64,000 nucleotides of DNA from the human T2T-CHM13v2.0 reference genome, Homo sapiens. How positions within the stretch are numbered: position 1 is the stretch's first letter; every line of letters begins with the position of its first letter. Positions 15,412 through 43,475 of this stretch are shown in pieces. Both the position numbers and the translations under genes were made by a program. Where the stretch lies: NCBI RefSeq assembly GCF_009914755.1, contig NC_060927.1. One strand, given 5' to 3'. The notes beneath the pieces are model-generated. The model was given only the letters and a program-made list of their open reading frames with translations, made no database searches and was not told the DNA's origin.

Positions 15412-16240
15412 ATCATTGAGAAACTAATTGTTCTCATCAGTGCCTATTGTGAACAATCAAACAGACTAGAATGTGCGCAATGGGTTTCAATCAGGTGTTC
15501 CCATTTTCCCAGGCATCAGTCAGATGGAGCAAAGTCTATGTAAGAGACCAACTGGCTTGTCTTGAGGATGCTGAGGGTGTTCTTAAAAGGGAAATTTGTG
15601 GGGGTTTTTAAAAGTCTGTGTTTATATACTAGACACAAATATTCCAGAAATATTATTGGTGGGAAAATCAAATTACAGAACATAATGAGAGTGACTTGTA
15701 TGGACACTCTCATTCAGAAAAACATGCAATCTAGCAGCTTCAGAATTTCTATATAGGTGGGCTGGATGTGTACATAACAATCTCATTAGAAGGGAGTTGG
15801 GTCAAACAAGGAGGCTTGACCTTGTATTTGCATAGCACCTTAATATAATTGAAAAATATCCCAATTGGCTATATCAAATAATTGGTTGGAGAGAAGCTGA
15901 TGAAGATTATGTGGGAACTCTAAAACCCCACACTCACACATAATCCCCAGCTGAGACAGTGTTAGATTAAGTGTATCTATAAATATGTCAAGAGGGGACA
16001 TAGAAATGTACATATCAAAATGTTAATGGAAATTATAAGTGAAAAGTGAAATTTGGGGGAATCTTTACCGTCTTCTTTGTACTTATCTGTATTGTTGGAA
16101 TCTTTTGCACTGAACATATATCATTTCCCCCAAAACAATGAAGCTATTTTCTACAGAGAAAAGGAATTCTACTGACCTCCACTTTTTCCTTTATCTCAAT
16201 TTAATCACCTAAATGGTGCCTAAAAATCCCTAAATTTTAG

Positions 16241-16567
<327 letters not shown>

Positions 16568-16749
16568 CCCCACTATGTCTTACCTTTTTTTTTTTTTAAG
16601 CTATTATCTTTTTCTCAAAACAACCAAATATAAAACAACACAAGGCATGTAAAAGAGCCCTGGTCTGATGGCTAAGATTCCAGTTCCAGCTCTCTATTTC
16701 TCTCAGGACCTCGGCCTCTGCATCTAAAAAGAGAAGGATTGAACTAATT

Positions 16750-17380
<631 letters not shown>

Positions 17381-17754
17381 CTGGGTCAGATGACCTTCAG
17401 GCTCCTTGTGTCACTCTCCTGGAGCCCACCCAGGGGCAACCTAGTGACAGGAGACCTCACAGTTCCCAAGATAGCATTGTTAAAAAAAAAAAAGAAGAAC
17501 TATTTGTTTTGTTTTTTAATTGAACAGATCAAGTAAGAGATAATTTATTTGTATGTCAAAAAATTTATCTAACTAATGGGCTTGCTAAATGACCTCTGTG
17601 GCTCAATTAAAATATAATTGAATATACCAAAACATGATTTCTTCATAGCCATGGGGATCATGGGATTATGCAAAGCAAACATTCCAGGCACTGTTCTAAT
17701 GTTTTAAAGTATTATTTTATTTAATCCTTACTCTAATCCTGTGAGTGAAATTTA

Positions 17755-19590
<1,836 letters not shown>

Positions 19591-19599
19591 CATTGTTTC

Positions 19600-21815
<2,216 letters not shown>

Positions 21816-22116
21816 AGTGAGAAGGACCTGTATTAGGACTTTTGACATCATTGACATTGTTTGGAATTCTTTTATGTTAAAATTATTAGATTTAGTAAAT
21901 GTAAAAATATAAAATACATTACACAATATATCACATATTTGTCACCCTGTCTGTGCATTTCTGTGTATATATAAAACTAAGAACCTAAAAAAATTAGGTA
22001 GTCTGAAACTCTTTTGATCTCTGAGGGACTCTAAGTGAATATTTCAGAGTTGCTACATTTGAAGAAATCATATTTATTGATGTACATCTCTTAAGGAGGC
22101 AAATTAAGAATTCTTA

Positions 22117-22639
<523 letters not shown>

Positions 22640-22779
22640 TAGTTAATTTTTATTGTATTATGGTATTCATCACATGAATATATCATGATTTATTTACCTA
22701 TTCAACTGTTGATGAGTAGTGAGATCGTTTCCCATTTAGGCTATTACAAATTGTGCTTTTATGAATATTCAAGTACATG

Positions 22780-23240
22780 TATATTATAGGTCAAACTGTG
22801 TCTTCCAAAAAGATATATGAAGTCCTAAACCTCTGGTCCATGTGAATGTGACCTTATTTGGAAATATCTTTGCAGATATCTGCAAAGTTAGATGAGGTCA
22901 TATCCAATTTGGGGGACTCTAATCCAGTACGACTGATATCCTTATAGAAGAGGAGGAAAGAAACCAACATAGAGACACACAGGGAGAACTCCATGAGAAA
23001 ACAAAGGGAGAGATTGGAGTGATGCTGTAAACCAAGGAAAGACAAAATTTGCCAGCCACCTCTGGAAGCCAGGATAAAGGCATGGAACAGACTCTCCCTC
23101 AGAGCCCTCAGAAGACCCAATCCTACCAACAGGGTTGATTTGGGACCTCTAGCCTCTAGAACTGTGAGAGAACAGATTTCTGTTCTGTCAATACATTTCT
23201 AATTTGTGCTTTTTCACAGCAGCCTTAGGAAACAAATACA
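22780..23240 (+). mobile_element. MLT1B/C MaLR LTR
   Basis: gtgaatgtgaccttatttggaaata..ggcatggaacagactctccctcagagccctcagaag..aaataca. Confidence 0.85.
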
Positions 23241-23294
23241 ATGTCTTTTGGAGAACTTACGCTAAGCAGTTTTCCAAAGTGTTTGATCATTTGG

Positions 23295-24683
<1,389 letters not shown>

Positions 24684-25059
24684 TCAACCAAACATATCAC
24701 AAATTCAATTAACTGATACAAGTAAGAATAAATTATGTTGACTGGAATTATCATTGTCATTTGAATCTCAGCAGGATATGAAATTAGCTCTTCTAGATAG
24801 AAGCAAGATTAGGACATCATTGTTGTAATGGTCATTTTAGTTTCAAAGGACAAAAACCCAGCAAAAATGAAGAGGTGGATTTCTGGCTTTGGACATATCT
24901 AGACTACAAACTATAGCATCTCTGCCTCACTCTGTATTGCTCAGTTGTGCTTTCTTCTGGCTTGTCTGTATTCTCAAGAAGGCTCTGCCAAGTCATGACA
25001 AATATGGCACTTTCTGGCACCACAAAGCAAGGAGGGAAGAGGTGGTTGTTTAGTAAAAT

Positions 25060-26000
25060 TTGCTAGAAAAAGTGGCCCACATTTTGGGGAAAAATAAAGC
25101 TGGATTCCTACTTAATATCACATACAAAGGTGATTGCCAATGGATTAAAGACCTAAATTTGAAGATAAATATATAAAGTTAAATAAGAAAATGTGGGAGA
25201 CTTTATGTTGAGAAGGAATTCTTCAATGAAACTCAAAAGCGTAAGCCATAAGACAAAAATGTGATAAATTTGATCAACTCTTCGTATTCAGTGAAGACCA
25301 CTGTGGAAGAGTTAACAAACAAGTAACAAGATAGGAGGAGACAGTCTTAATGTCTAAAACTGATAAGTGGCTAATATCTAGACTATATAAGAGATTCATA
25401 CATCAACAAGAAAAAGACAGGAACCCCAGTAAATGAGTAATTAATAAACGACAAAACCAGTCTATAACAGGCATATGCTGGGATACTCAAGCTCATTAGG
25501 AATCAGAGAAATAAGAATGAAAGACCATTGAGATTTCATTTTACACCTCTGGCAAAAATTAGAAAGATGGATAATGCAACTGCTAGCTGGCACTGGGGAT
25601 TTTTCAAGACCTCTTTTTTTAAAAAAAGGAATAAACTTACCCTGTGCCACAGAATTTATCCCTGGTTAAATATCCCAAAGGAATTTTGATACTGGCCCAT
25701 ATGAAGACGAAAGAGTATTATCATAGTCTAGTTTGTATTGATGGGAAACTGGATGCAGTCTGAGAGGTCACACTGGAGGAGTCAATAGGCAAAATACAGT
25801 GGAACACCATGCAGCTGTTAGAAAAAAGGGATTAAATAAATATATAGCAACACGAACAAATCTTTAAAACAGTGCTGATGTACTTATCAGAATACCATTT
25901 ATGTTAATTTAAAATACATGCATACAAATCAGCAGTACACATTTAGAAGGAAGCTCTGTAAACAAAATGTGGATTTTAAATGCCTTGGAGTGTTTGTCAG
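25060..26000 (+). mobile_element. Ancient L1ME ORF2/3' fragment
   Basis: aatggattaaagacctaaatttgaaga; ctcattaggaatcagagaaat. Confidence 0.7.
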
Positions 26001-26224
26001 CAGTGGGAAGAGGATGGAAAGGGAAACAGGAGTAACAAGAGGATCAAGAAATAAAACGCAAGAGGTCTTGTGTGGACTGTGATAATGATGTCATGAACAA
26101 TGACATCACTAACTCAGCCCTCTACATCTGAGATTCAACAAAAGAGAAACGTAAGAATTGCACCGATCAGATAGATGAATTGAGAATATTTTTTTGTGAA
26201 GGAAATGGTTTAATTCCAGAAGGA

Positions 26225-26695
26225 AATTGAAGATGGACACAAACTCCTTGGTGCACTCTATTTCTCTTCCCTTAAATCTGGGCTCTGTGACTGCTTTACC
26301 AATAGAACTGTGGCTAAAGTGACTGTGTACTAATTCTGGGCCAGCAAAAGTTCTGGGCTTCTGCTTCCTCCCTCTTGGAATCCTCACTCTTGGGAAACTC
26401 CCTCAGAACCCAGAAACATGCTGTGAGAAGCCCAAGACACATGGAGAGGCCATGCGTAGACGTTTCATCAGAGCGGCCCAGCTGAGCTCCAGCCTGGAGC
26501 TGTGAGCCATGACAGCCAGCTAGGCTTTCCAGCCCAATTAAGCCCCAGGGCAACTACAGCCCCAGTTGATATCACAGGAGCAGGAGACCTACCAGCTGAG
26601 CCCAGTCAATCCACAGAATCATGAGGGTTTACACATGTTGTTTTAATCCGCTATATCTTGGGAAATTTGTTACACAGTGACAGATGAACCATATA
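26225..26695 (+). mobile_element. MLT1 (E/F/G-like) LTR
   Basis: tctgggctctgtgactgctttaccaatagaa..catgctgtgagaagcccaag..ccagctgagcccagtcaa. Confidence 0.75.
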
Positions 26696-26820
26696 ATTGC
26701 CACATCATTAAAGAATAATCAGAAGCATCCAAATCACAGTGATGCTCAGAGTGATCCCCAAACCACAAATCATTTCTTCAAAATTTACAAAAAGGAAAGG
26801 CAAAAAGCAAACCAATACTT

Positions 26821-27175
26821 TTTTTTTATATATATACTTTAAGTTTTAGGGTACATGTGCACAACGTGCAGGTTTGTTACATATGTATACATGTGCCATG
26901 CTGGTGTGCTGCACCCATTAACTCGTCATTTAGCATTAGGTATATCTCCTAATGCTATCCCTCCCCCCTCCCCCCACCCCACAACAGTCCCCAGAGTGTG
27001 ATGTTTCCTTTCCTGTGTCCATGTGTTCTCATTGTTCAATTCCCATCTATGAGTGAGAACATGTGGTGTTTGGTTTTTTGTCCTTGCGATAGTTTACTGA
27101 GAATGATGATTTCCAATTTCATCCATGTCCCTACAAAGGACATGAACTCATCATTTTTTATGGCTGCATAGTATT
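26821..27175 (-). mobile_element. Young 5'-truncated L1PA (PA2/PA3-like) 3' end
   Basis: Primate L1 3'UTR; ~20-bp TSD aaaaagcaaaccaatacttt at ~26802 and ~27176. Confidence 0.93.
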
Positions 27176-27499
27176 AAAAAGCAAACCAATACTTTAAGAA
27201 GGGATGTGGTGATATTGCAAATCAATCAAACAGGATGAGATTTTACAGCTACAGAAGGGTGGAGGTTTAGTGGTCTGCCAGAAGTCCTACCCCTCCCAAA
27301 TGGCCCAGAATGTTGGGGAGGCCACGAGGTCCATTTCTTTCTCACTTTTCCTGTCCTTTCATACCTTGGTATTTCAGCCCAACTATTTGATCTGTAAACA
27401 AGGATTCTCTAATTTATTGCATGAGGTAATGTATATAAAAATACTTGATAAAATGTAAATACCTATAAAACAGTTATATATTTTTAAAATTTTAATCTA

Positions 27500-28056
27500 T
27501 TTATTTATTTTGAGATCAGGTTATGAGACTGGCTGATTTTTGTATTTTTGGTAGAGGTGAGGTTTCATCGTGTTTTCCAGGCTAGTCTCAAACTCCTGAG
27601 CTCAAGCAATCTGCCTGCCTCAGCCTCCCAAAGTGCTGGGATTACAGGCATGAGCCACGGCACCTGAGCAAACAGTTATAATTTTAAAGCTTAATTAACA
27701 AAAAGACCTTCCATTACTGTATCCTCAATTTCTAGGTATAAAGAATTTTAAAGGCTGGGCACAGTGGCTCACGCCTGTAATTCCAGCACTTTGGGAGGCC
27801 AAGGCAGACAGATCACTTGAAGTCAGGGGTTCGAGACCAGCTTTGGCCAACATGGCGAAACTTTGTCTCTACTAAAAATGCAAAATTTAGCCAGGCATGG
27901 CTGCATGCATCTGTAATCCTAGCTACTGAGGAGGTTGAGGCAGCAGAATCACTTCTGGAGGCAGAGGTTGCATGAGCTGAGATCATGCCACTGCACTCCA
28001 GCCTGGGTGACAGAATGAGACTCTGTCACCAAAAAAAAAAAAAAAAAAAAAAAAAA
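27500..28056. mobile_element. Internally deleted Alu (-, 27500-27670) and AluS (+, 27753-28056)
   Basis: Alu motifs. Confidence 0.85.
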
Positions 28057-28149
28057 TTTACAAACTACAAACCACTGTATTTGGGTTGCTTTCATATTTA
28101 GTCTGCTGAATATTTGATCTGGACAATGTTATATGTATTTGGGACATCT

Positions 28150-28720
28150 ATTTAAAATCAAGAGATTTCACACAAAAATTTAAATGTTTATTTTCTCCTG
28201 AAAAACTGGAAGACGTGACAACATGAAGTCCTTGCATTTTCTAATGTCAACAATGGATGTCTTACCCCAAGCTCCACTCACAAAAGCAGAAACTGAGACA
28301 AGGATATGTGTTCAGCAGTTTGTTTTGGGAAGAGATCTGGGGACAAGAGAGAAACAAGGAAGAAATGCCAGTGCAAGGTTGTGTTGCAAGGTCACTGCTG
28401 TAGGCACCTGGAGCTCAATTCCACTGGGGACTCTAAGGAGCTGTGTAGGATAAGCCTCAGTTTTGTGCCTGAAAACAGAAGAGGGATTATTTATCTATCA
28501 GCTCCTATCTCCCCTTGGTCAACAGTTACACCATAAGGTGTTAACTCTCGAACTTCCAGGTTCGCCAATGCAACCGCATGGCTGAACAGATTCTTGCAGC
28601 CATCCCATTCAGCAGCATGGCTTTCGGAAGCCCCAGGGGCAGAAAGCAAGAGATACACAGGGCAGCTGAGGCAAGATATTGTTAGTTTACACTTGTTCAC
28701 AGCCAGTTTCTGCAGCAACT
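28150..28720 (-). mobile_element. MER102-like fragment adjoining an LTR16-like ERVL LTR (from ~28258)
   Basis: gagatttcacacaaaaat..gacaacatg; agcagaaactgagacaaggat..cagtttgttttgggaagagatc. Confidence 0.55.
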
Positions 28721-29114
28721 ACTGGAAGAGATGGTCAAAAGGCGGGAACACAATGTGGAGGAGCTGAGCAGCAAGTGCCTCAGGTCGCCAAATTTAACAA
28801 ATTAGGATGAGCTTGTTTTCATCTATGAGAATCCACTCAGAGCTGTTGATTTTTAAAACTTTTACTTACCATTTTCTTCTATTTTTTAGCACCATGGGCT
28901 CCTCTGCTCCTGCCCCAGTGTATACAGGTCTTCACGTAGAGGGCAGCAATGTGTTCTGTCTGCACAGAGGCTCTAGCTTGGACGAGCTCTATAAAGAGGT
29001 CAGTGACTTCCCAGGATGCCAACACTCTGCTTCCGTAAGTCAAGACATAAGTGCCTAATGACCAGCTAGGAGGATCTGACTCTTCTTAGGTTCTACTCCT
29101 GTTTTCTAGATGTT

Positions 29115-29215
29115 TTATTATTATTATTATACTTCAAGTTCTAGGGTACATGTGCACAACGTGCAGGTTTGTTACATATGTATACATGTGTCATGTTGGT
29201 GTGCTGCACCCATAT
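29115..29215 (-). mobile_element. ~100-bp L1PA 3' tip
   Basis: gggtacatgtgcacaacgtgcaggtttgttac; TSD tttctagatgtt. Confidence 0.9.
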
Positions 29216-29340
29216 ATTTCTAGATGTTAAAAGGCAGCCTATTTATTAAAAGTATAAACTTGCCTGAGTTTGAATTGGCTCCACCTCTTACCGTGTCCTC
29301 TCTGTGCCTGAGATTTCTTATCTGTAAAACAGAAATTTAA

Positions 29341-29600
29341 TATAACCTATGTTATATTAAATTAAATTAAATTATATTAATATAATATAATATTAAATTA
29401 TATTATATTAATATAATATAATATTAAATTATATTATATTAATATAATATTAAGTTAAATTATATTATATTTAATATAATATAATATTAAATTATATTAA
29501 ATATAATATAACCTATATTATATTAAATTATATTATAACATAGGTTATATATAACCTATGTTATATTAAATTTAAATATAATTAAATTATATTAAATTAA
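29341..29600. repeat. AT-rich quasi-palindromic expansion inside a MIR
   Basis: Almost pure A/T. Perfect 32-bp palindrome tataacataggttata|tataacctatgttata at 29534-29565. MIR flanks on both sides. Confidence 0.92.
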
Positions 29601-30014
29601 ATGTCATAGGCTTATGGTTAAGATTCAATGAGTTAAGCTGGACAGGGTGGCTTACACCTGTAATCCTAGTGACTCTGGAGGCTGAGGCAGGAGGATTGCT
29701 TGAGCCCAGGAGTTAGAGGCTGCAGTGAACTATGATCATGCCACTGCATTCCGGATGGGGAGACACCTGTCTGCTAGAAAAAAAAAATTCAATGAATTAA
29801 TGTATGTTAAGTATTTAGAACAGTGCCTGGCACTGAGTAAGTAAGCCCTTGGTAAAAATCCCGTTCCGTGTTGTCCACATATGTGATCAACTCCAGCTGT
29901 CCTCTTTGGGTAGGAAGAAAAACTGGTATGCATCTAGTTATTGAGGGGTTAACAATGCCAGAACCCATTGCCTTTGTTAAATTCCCCACAGTGCAACACA
30001 TAGAAAATACTATT

Positions 30015-31370
30015 GATGGGGCCTAGGACATGCCACCCTAAAATATGATGGTAGAAGACCAGAATATGCTATCCCGGATGTGCCCCTTTGGCATAAGGAT
30101 TATTTTTGAGAAACTGCAGACACAGGAGAAGCTCAGAAAAGTTACCCTTTTGTAAGACAAACTGACATTTATGAAGGAAATCTCCATTTTTAAAGGTGTC
30201 TTTCTCTCTGCACCAGAAAGAGAAGGATAACTAAATCACTAGAGACTCTTATCGATGGAGAAATAATTGCCTTAAAATGTCCTAACAGGCAGGATGTGGT
30301 GGCTCACGTCTGTTATCCCAGCACTTTGGGAGGCTGAGATGGGCAAATGGCTTGAGCCCAGGAATTTGCTACCTGCCTGGGCAACATGGCAAAACCCCAT
30401 TTCTGCAAAAATTAGCTGGGCATGGTGGTGCATGCTTGTAGTCCCAGATAGTTGGATGGCTGAGGCGGGAGGATCACCTGAGCCTAGGAGGTAAAGGCTG
30501 CAGTGAGCTGAAATAGAGCCACTTCACTCCAGCATGGGCAACAGAGTGAGAGCCTGTCTTAAAAAGAAAAGAAAAAGTCATAACAAAACTTGCCCTTATT
30601 ATCTAGAACTAGAAATACCATTTGACCCAGCAATCCCATTACTGGGTATATACCCAAAGGATTATAAATCATGCTGCTATAAAGACACATGCACACGTAT
30701 GTTTATTGCAACACTATTCACAATAGCAAAGACTTGGAACCAAGGCAAATGTCCAACAATGATAGACTGGATTAAGAAAATGTGGCACATATACACCATG
30801 GAATATATGCAGCCATAAAAAATGATGAGTTCATGTCCTTTGTAGGGACATGGATGAAGCTGGAAACCATCATTCTCAGCAAACTATCGCAAGGACAAAA
30901 GCCAAACACCGCATGTTCTCACTCATAGGTGGGAATTGAACAATGAGAACACATGGACACAGGAAGGGGAACATCACACTCTGGGGCCTGTTGTGGGATG
31001 GGGGGAGGGGAGGGGGATAGCATTAGGAGATATACCTAATGTAAATGACGAGTTAATGGGTGCAGCACACTAACATGGCACATGTATACATATGTAACAA
31101 ACCTGCATGTTGTGCACATGTACCCTAAAACTTAAAGTATAATAAAAAAAAATTGCCCTTATTAAGATGCTTTTCTTGATCATCTCTCCCTAACCAGGCT
31201 TTCCGCATACCCTTCTTCCTTTGTTTCAGGAAACATGGTGTTTAAGCCTGACCTCTAAGACAACTTTTTGAGATCTACTCTAGGAGATTTACTTATTTCT
31301 CTGGGTATCTCTCATATGTACAGGATATATACTGCTATTAAACTTCTGATTGCTTTTCTCTTGTTAATAA
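30015..31370 (+). mobile_element. MER34/MER39-group ERV1 LTR interrupted by Alu (30288-30575) and L1PA
   Basis: atgccaccctaaaatatg..tttggcataaggattattttt; resumes after the L1 at ~31160. Confidence 0.7.
30603..31151 (+). mobile_element. 5'-truncated L1PA (ORF2 C-terminus plus 3'UTR)
   Basis: ELEIPFDPAIPLLGIYPKDYKSCCYKDTCTRMFIA; TSD ttgcccttatta. Confidence 0.95.
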
Positions 31371-31379
31371 GGAGTAATT

Positions 31380-31669
<290 letters not shown>

Positions 31670-32021
31670 CTAGTAATTAATAATGGTCCTCTTTTTACAA
31701 ATGGAGATACTAAAGTATCAGAGTGATACAAATAATGAAAGGTCACACCACTTGTTCCTGGAGGTGAGATTTAAGCCCAGGGGTTGGGTGCTATGGCCAC
31801 TCCCTTAACTATTCTTCTAGAGCTGGTGTTCTCCTGCCTCTGCTCCTGTCCCTTCCAGGACCCAGCTCTCTAAAGCAGCTCAGGAGGGTGATCATGTCCT
31901 CAGGCCTTTTGCTTTTTAATTGGTAACATCTGGAGCTACAAATTCTTTCATGGCCCAAAACGAATGAGGCTACATTGGTAGAATTAATAGGCAGTGGTAA
32001 GATTTTAAGCTTGTGCACTCA

Positions 32022-32746
<725 letters not shown>

Positions 32747-33336
32747 AGACTGCTCAATGATAAGGACAATAGTAACAAACACTACAGAGTACTTACTAGG
32801 TGCCAATTCCACAACAAGTGTTTGACATGTCTCATTTAATCTGCTAAACAATGAGTTGAGTACTGCTGTTACCCCCCTGCCATGTTTCAGATAAGGAAAC
32901 TGAGGCTTACAATGCTTAAATTAGGGTCACATGTAGCCAGGAAGCAATGCTGCTAAAATATCATCAAAGGAGCCCAATTGCTTCCTTCTGTAGTATTTTA
33001 TTTCCAGAATGTCTCCTAAACCACTAGCTTTTCTATAAATCTGCACGCACCATCACCCGGACTACAATAAAAAAATAATCAAATGATAATCTTAATAAAA
33101 GCATTGAAAACATTATTTTACATCTCCAAACCTGTGTTTGTTCCCATCTGTGTTTGAGTGGGTAGGAGAAAATTCTGGTAACCTCCTCATTAGTCAATCC
33201 TCCCCCACCAGACTGATTCAGCCCCATAAACAATGGATATAATTATACTGAACAATGGTGTGTTCATTTCCATGTCTAGACATAGAGTTTACATTTGAAA
33301 ACAAACGAGAACAGAAAAGAGAAAGCACCCTACTGG

Positions 33337-33629
<293 letters not shown>

Positions 33630-34244
33630 CCTACTGTTTTTTAATTATCTGTAGCAAACTTTTTCTTAGCCTGGATGCTTCCCTTTTGATTAGGATATTC
33701 AGAGTATCAGGAATTTTCTTGAAAAACATTCTTATGTAAAGCTAGCGGTGTTAATTTAGGAGTAAAACACAAATACATTTAAACAGTCTCTAGTCTGAGT
33801 AGAAACAAGTCATTTTAAACCATAGAGGATTGAGAAAATCATGAATGCGTGAAAGTTTGATGAAGAATAAGTCATTTTCATAGTATCAAAGTATCCTCCC
33901 ACAAATTACATGTTAATTGTCAAAAGAAAAATAGTAACATGACAGTGGCAAGACCTGGACAAGCTTCATCAAATAATCCAAGTTAACATCATCAATATTG
34001 GGACAAACTGACATCAGGAAAACTGATATGATGTGTCTCCAGAAATGATACACTAAAATGATACACTAAGAATGGCACATCATTTCTGCTCAAAAATGCA
34101 TAACCTGAATCTAATCATGAAGAAATTTCAGATAAATTAAAATCAAGGAACATTGTACAAAACCAGCCTGTGTTCTTCGAAGGTGTCAGTGTCATCATGT
34201 ACAACAAAGAAAAACTGAAGAACTATTTTCAGATTAAAGAAGAA

Positions 34245-36335
<2,091 letters not shown>

Positions 36336-36528
36336 ATAGCCATGTGCTTTATCATGATGTTTCAATCAGTCATGAACCACATGTACAACAATGGTCCCAT
36401 AAGATTATAATGGAGCTTAAAAATTCCTATTGCAAGGTTCAGCATAGTGGCTCATGCCTGTAATCCCAGCACTTTGGGAGGCCAAGACAGGAGCATCACT
36501 TGAGGCCAGGAGTTTAAGAACAGCCTGG

Positions 36529-36912
<384 letters not shown>

Positions 36913-37386
36913 CTATCACCTAGTGACATTGTAGCTGTTATAACATTGTAGCACAATACATTACTTGTGAATTTATGGTGATGCCGATGTAAAGAAACCT
37001 GCACTGCCAGTTGTGTAAAAGTGTAGCACTTACAATTAGGTAAGCACATAATACTTCATAATGATAATAAATGACTTGCTACAGGTTTATGTATTTACTA
37101 TACTATATTTTTAATCATGGTGTCTACTCTTTGTACTCATTAAAAAAGAAAAAGGAGTTAACTGTAAAACAACCTGAGGCAGGTCCTCCAGGAGGAATTC
37201 CAGAAGAAGGCATTGTTATCATAGGAGATGACAGCTCTATGCACGTTATTGCCTCTGGAGAACTTCCAGTGGGAGAAAATATTGAGGGAGAAAATAATGA
37301 CATTGATGACCCTGACCCTATGTAGACCTAGGAGAATATTGGTGTTTGTGTCTTAGTTTTTGGTTTTCTTTTTTTTTTTTTTTTAA

Positions 37387-37500
<114 letters not shown>

Positions 37501-37510
37501 TGAGTAGCTA

Positions 37511-37851
<341 letters not shown>

Positions 37852-38012
37852 AGTGATCCTCAGCCTCCCAAAGTGCTGGGATTACAGGCATGAGTCACTG
37901 TGCCCAGCCTTGTGTTTCTGTCTTAGCTTTTAACAAAAAAATTTAAAAAATAAAAAACAAAATACTTTTTCTTTTTTTTTTTTTTTGGATACAGCCTCAT
38001 TCTGTCGCCTAG

Positions 38013-38234
<222 letters not shown>

Positions 38235-38485
38235 TGAGATTACAGGCACACACCACTGCCCACTGTGCTCGGCCCAAAAATTTTAAAATAGAAAAAAACT
38301 TATACGATAAGGATATAAAGAAATAATATTTTTGTACAGCTGCACTATGTGTTTGTATTTTAAGCTAAGTGTTATTACAAGAGTCAAAAAGATTTCTTAA
38401 ACTTTATAAGGTAAAAATATTATTGAAGAAAAAATATTTTTTATACATTTAGCATAGCCTAAGTATATAGTGTTTATAAAGCCTA

Positions 38486-39961
<1,476 letters not shown>

Positions 39962-40230
39962 ACTGCCAAGCCATGAGGTGATGCATGTGCAGCAATCCAT
40001 CATCAGGCGGTGGTGGTATATATGATACGGAATGAAGCATGCCTAGAACGCATAAGTAAGTCAGATAGGCACATGGCTCTGACTTGTTCAATATCTGCTC
40101 CTCCTTTGACACCTACTCTTGCTGCATTGCTGCCCCTCCATCAATCCACATCCATGGTCTTGTGTAGACTCTCCTATGACCAGCTTTGCCAAAAAGCTCA
40201 CACCTGGCTTACAGATACGTCCATACAATG
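39962..40230 (+). mobile_element. ERV-L pol remnant (continuation)
   Basis: Degenerate PSH..H.QQSII..W.YI and SYDQL..TWLTD, similar to the ERV-L RNase H start (AWFTDGS). Confidence 0.6.
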
Positions 40231-40304
40231 TATTGACTAATGGCTACTGGACAGTGCAAATATTGTATACTTTCATCATTGTAGAAAATTCTATTAGAAA
40301 GTGC

Positions 40305-42300
<1,996 letters not shown>

Positions 42301-42757
42301 AAAAGCATATAGAATGCACAACATTATATCTATACAGATAGAAGGGTTCAAATATGCATGTATGTGTATATGTATATGTATGTAATCAATATATAGTCAA
42401 ATCTAGAGAAACTCTAGGCTGTCTGCTTTGAGTCCTGGAACTAATGAGAAAGAGCAGTTCTCTGCTGAAGATGCCTTCTGCTAGCATGTGAACTTGAGGT
42501 TTGTGGGGGTTCATGTTGCCACTATGCGGAAAGAGATTGCCTGAGAATGAAGCCAACAGGGAAAAAGGCAAAGGTAAACAATGAAGAGGAATTCTCAACT
42601 ACATTATCTGAGCAACTGAGTCTAGTCAGCTCCACCCCTGCACCTTTCAATCATGTGAGTCAATAAATTCCAATTTGCATTACAACCATAGAATCCTGAA
42701 TGATAGTGTATTACAGGATATTGGAAAAGTCTTGGGCACCACTTCAAATCCTCTTCC

Positions 42758-42958
42758 AGAGGTGAGCTGGAGCTGGCTTCCACCAGCTTATAAGAGCCCA
42801 TTGTGCACATCTTACCCCTTCTATTCAGTGACATCACATTGGCAGCTTGAAATCGACCACAGTGGGAATATGCATGTGAAGGAAATTGGCAAATGCTACA
42901 GATCAGGGCTTCCTCCCAATTTTTGGAAGCTGGTCGTTAAGCATTTACTCACACACTC
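42758..42958 (-). mobile_element. MER63 hAT-Blackjack element
   Basis: cagtgacatcacattggcagcttgaaatcg..ggcaaatgctacagatcagggct. Confidence 0.75.
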
Positions 42959-43475
42959 CCACACTACTGTCTTGGACTCTTTTTGTTTAAGCCACTGCTA
43001 CAGTGACCACTTACAGGCTTCAACCAATATCTCACCAAGTTTTTCATCTCCTGCCCTGACCCTCTCTAAACCAATTCAGCACTTACATGGAGCAACTTCT
43101 GATTAACAGGGGCAGGAACTGATCCATAACTGTTTCCCCTTCTCATCCTAACTTGGAAAGTTTTGCTGGGTTTTTGTTTTTTGTTTTTTGCTTTTTGTTT
43201 TCAAGACAGGGTCTCACTCTGTTACCCAGGCTGGAGTGCACTGGGGCACCATCACAGCTCACTGCAGCCTCAACTCCCTGGGTTCAAGTGATCCTCCCGT
43301 CTCAGCCTTTGAAGTACTGGGACTACAGGAATGTACCACCATGCCAGGCTAATTTTTAAATTTTTTGTAGGGACAGGGTCTGACTATGTTGCCCTGGCTG
43401 ACCTTGAACTCCTGGCCTCAAACCATCCTCACGCCTCACCTCAGCTGGAAAAACATACTGTAGAAACACACTGAA

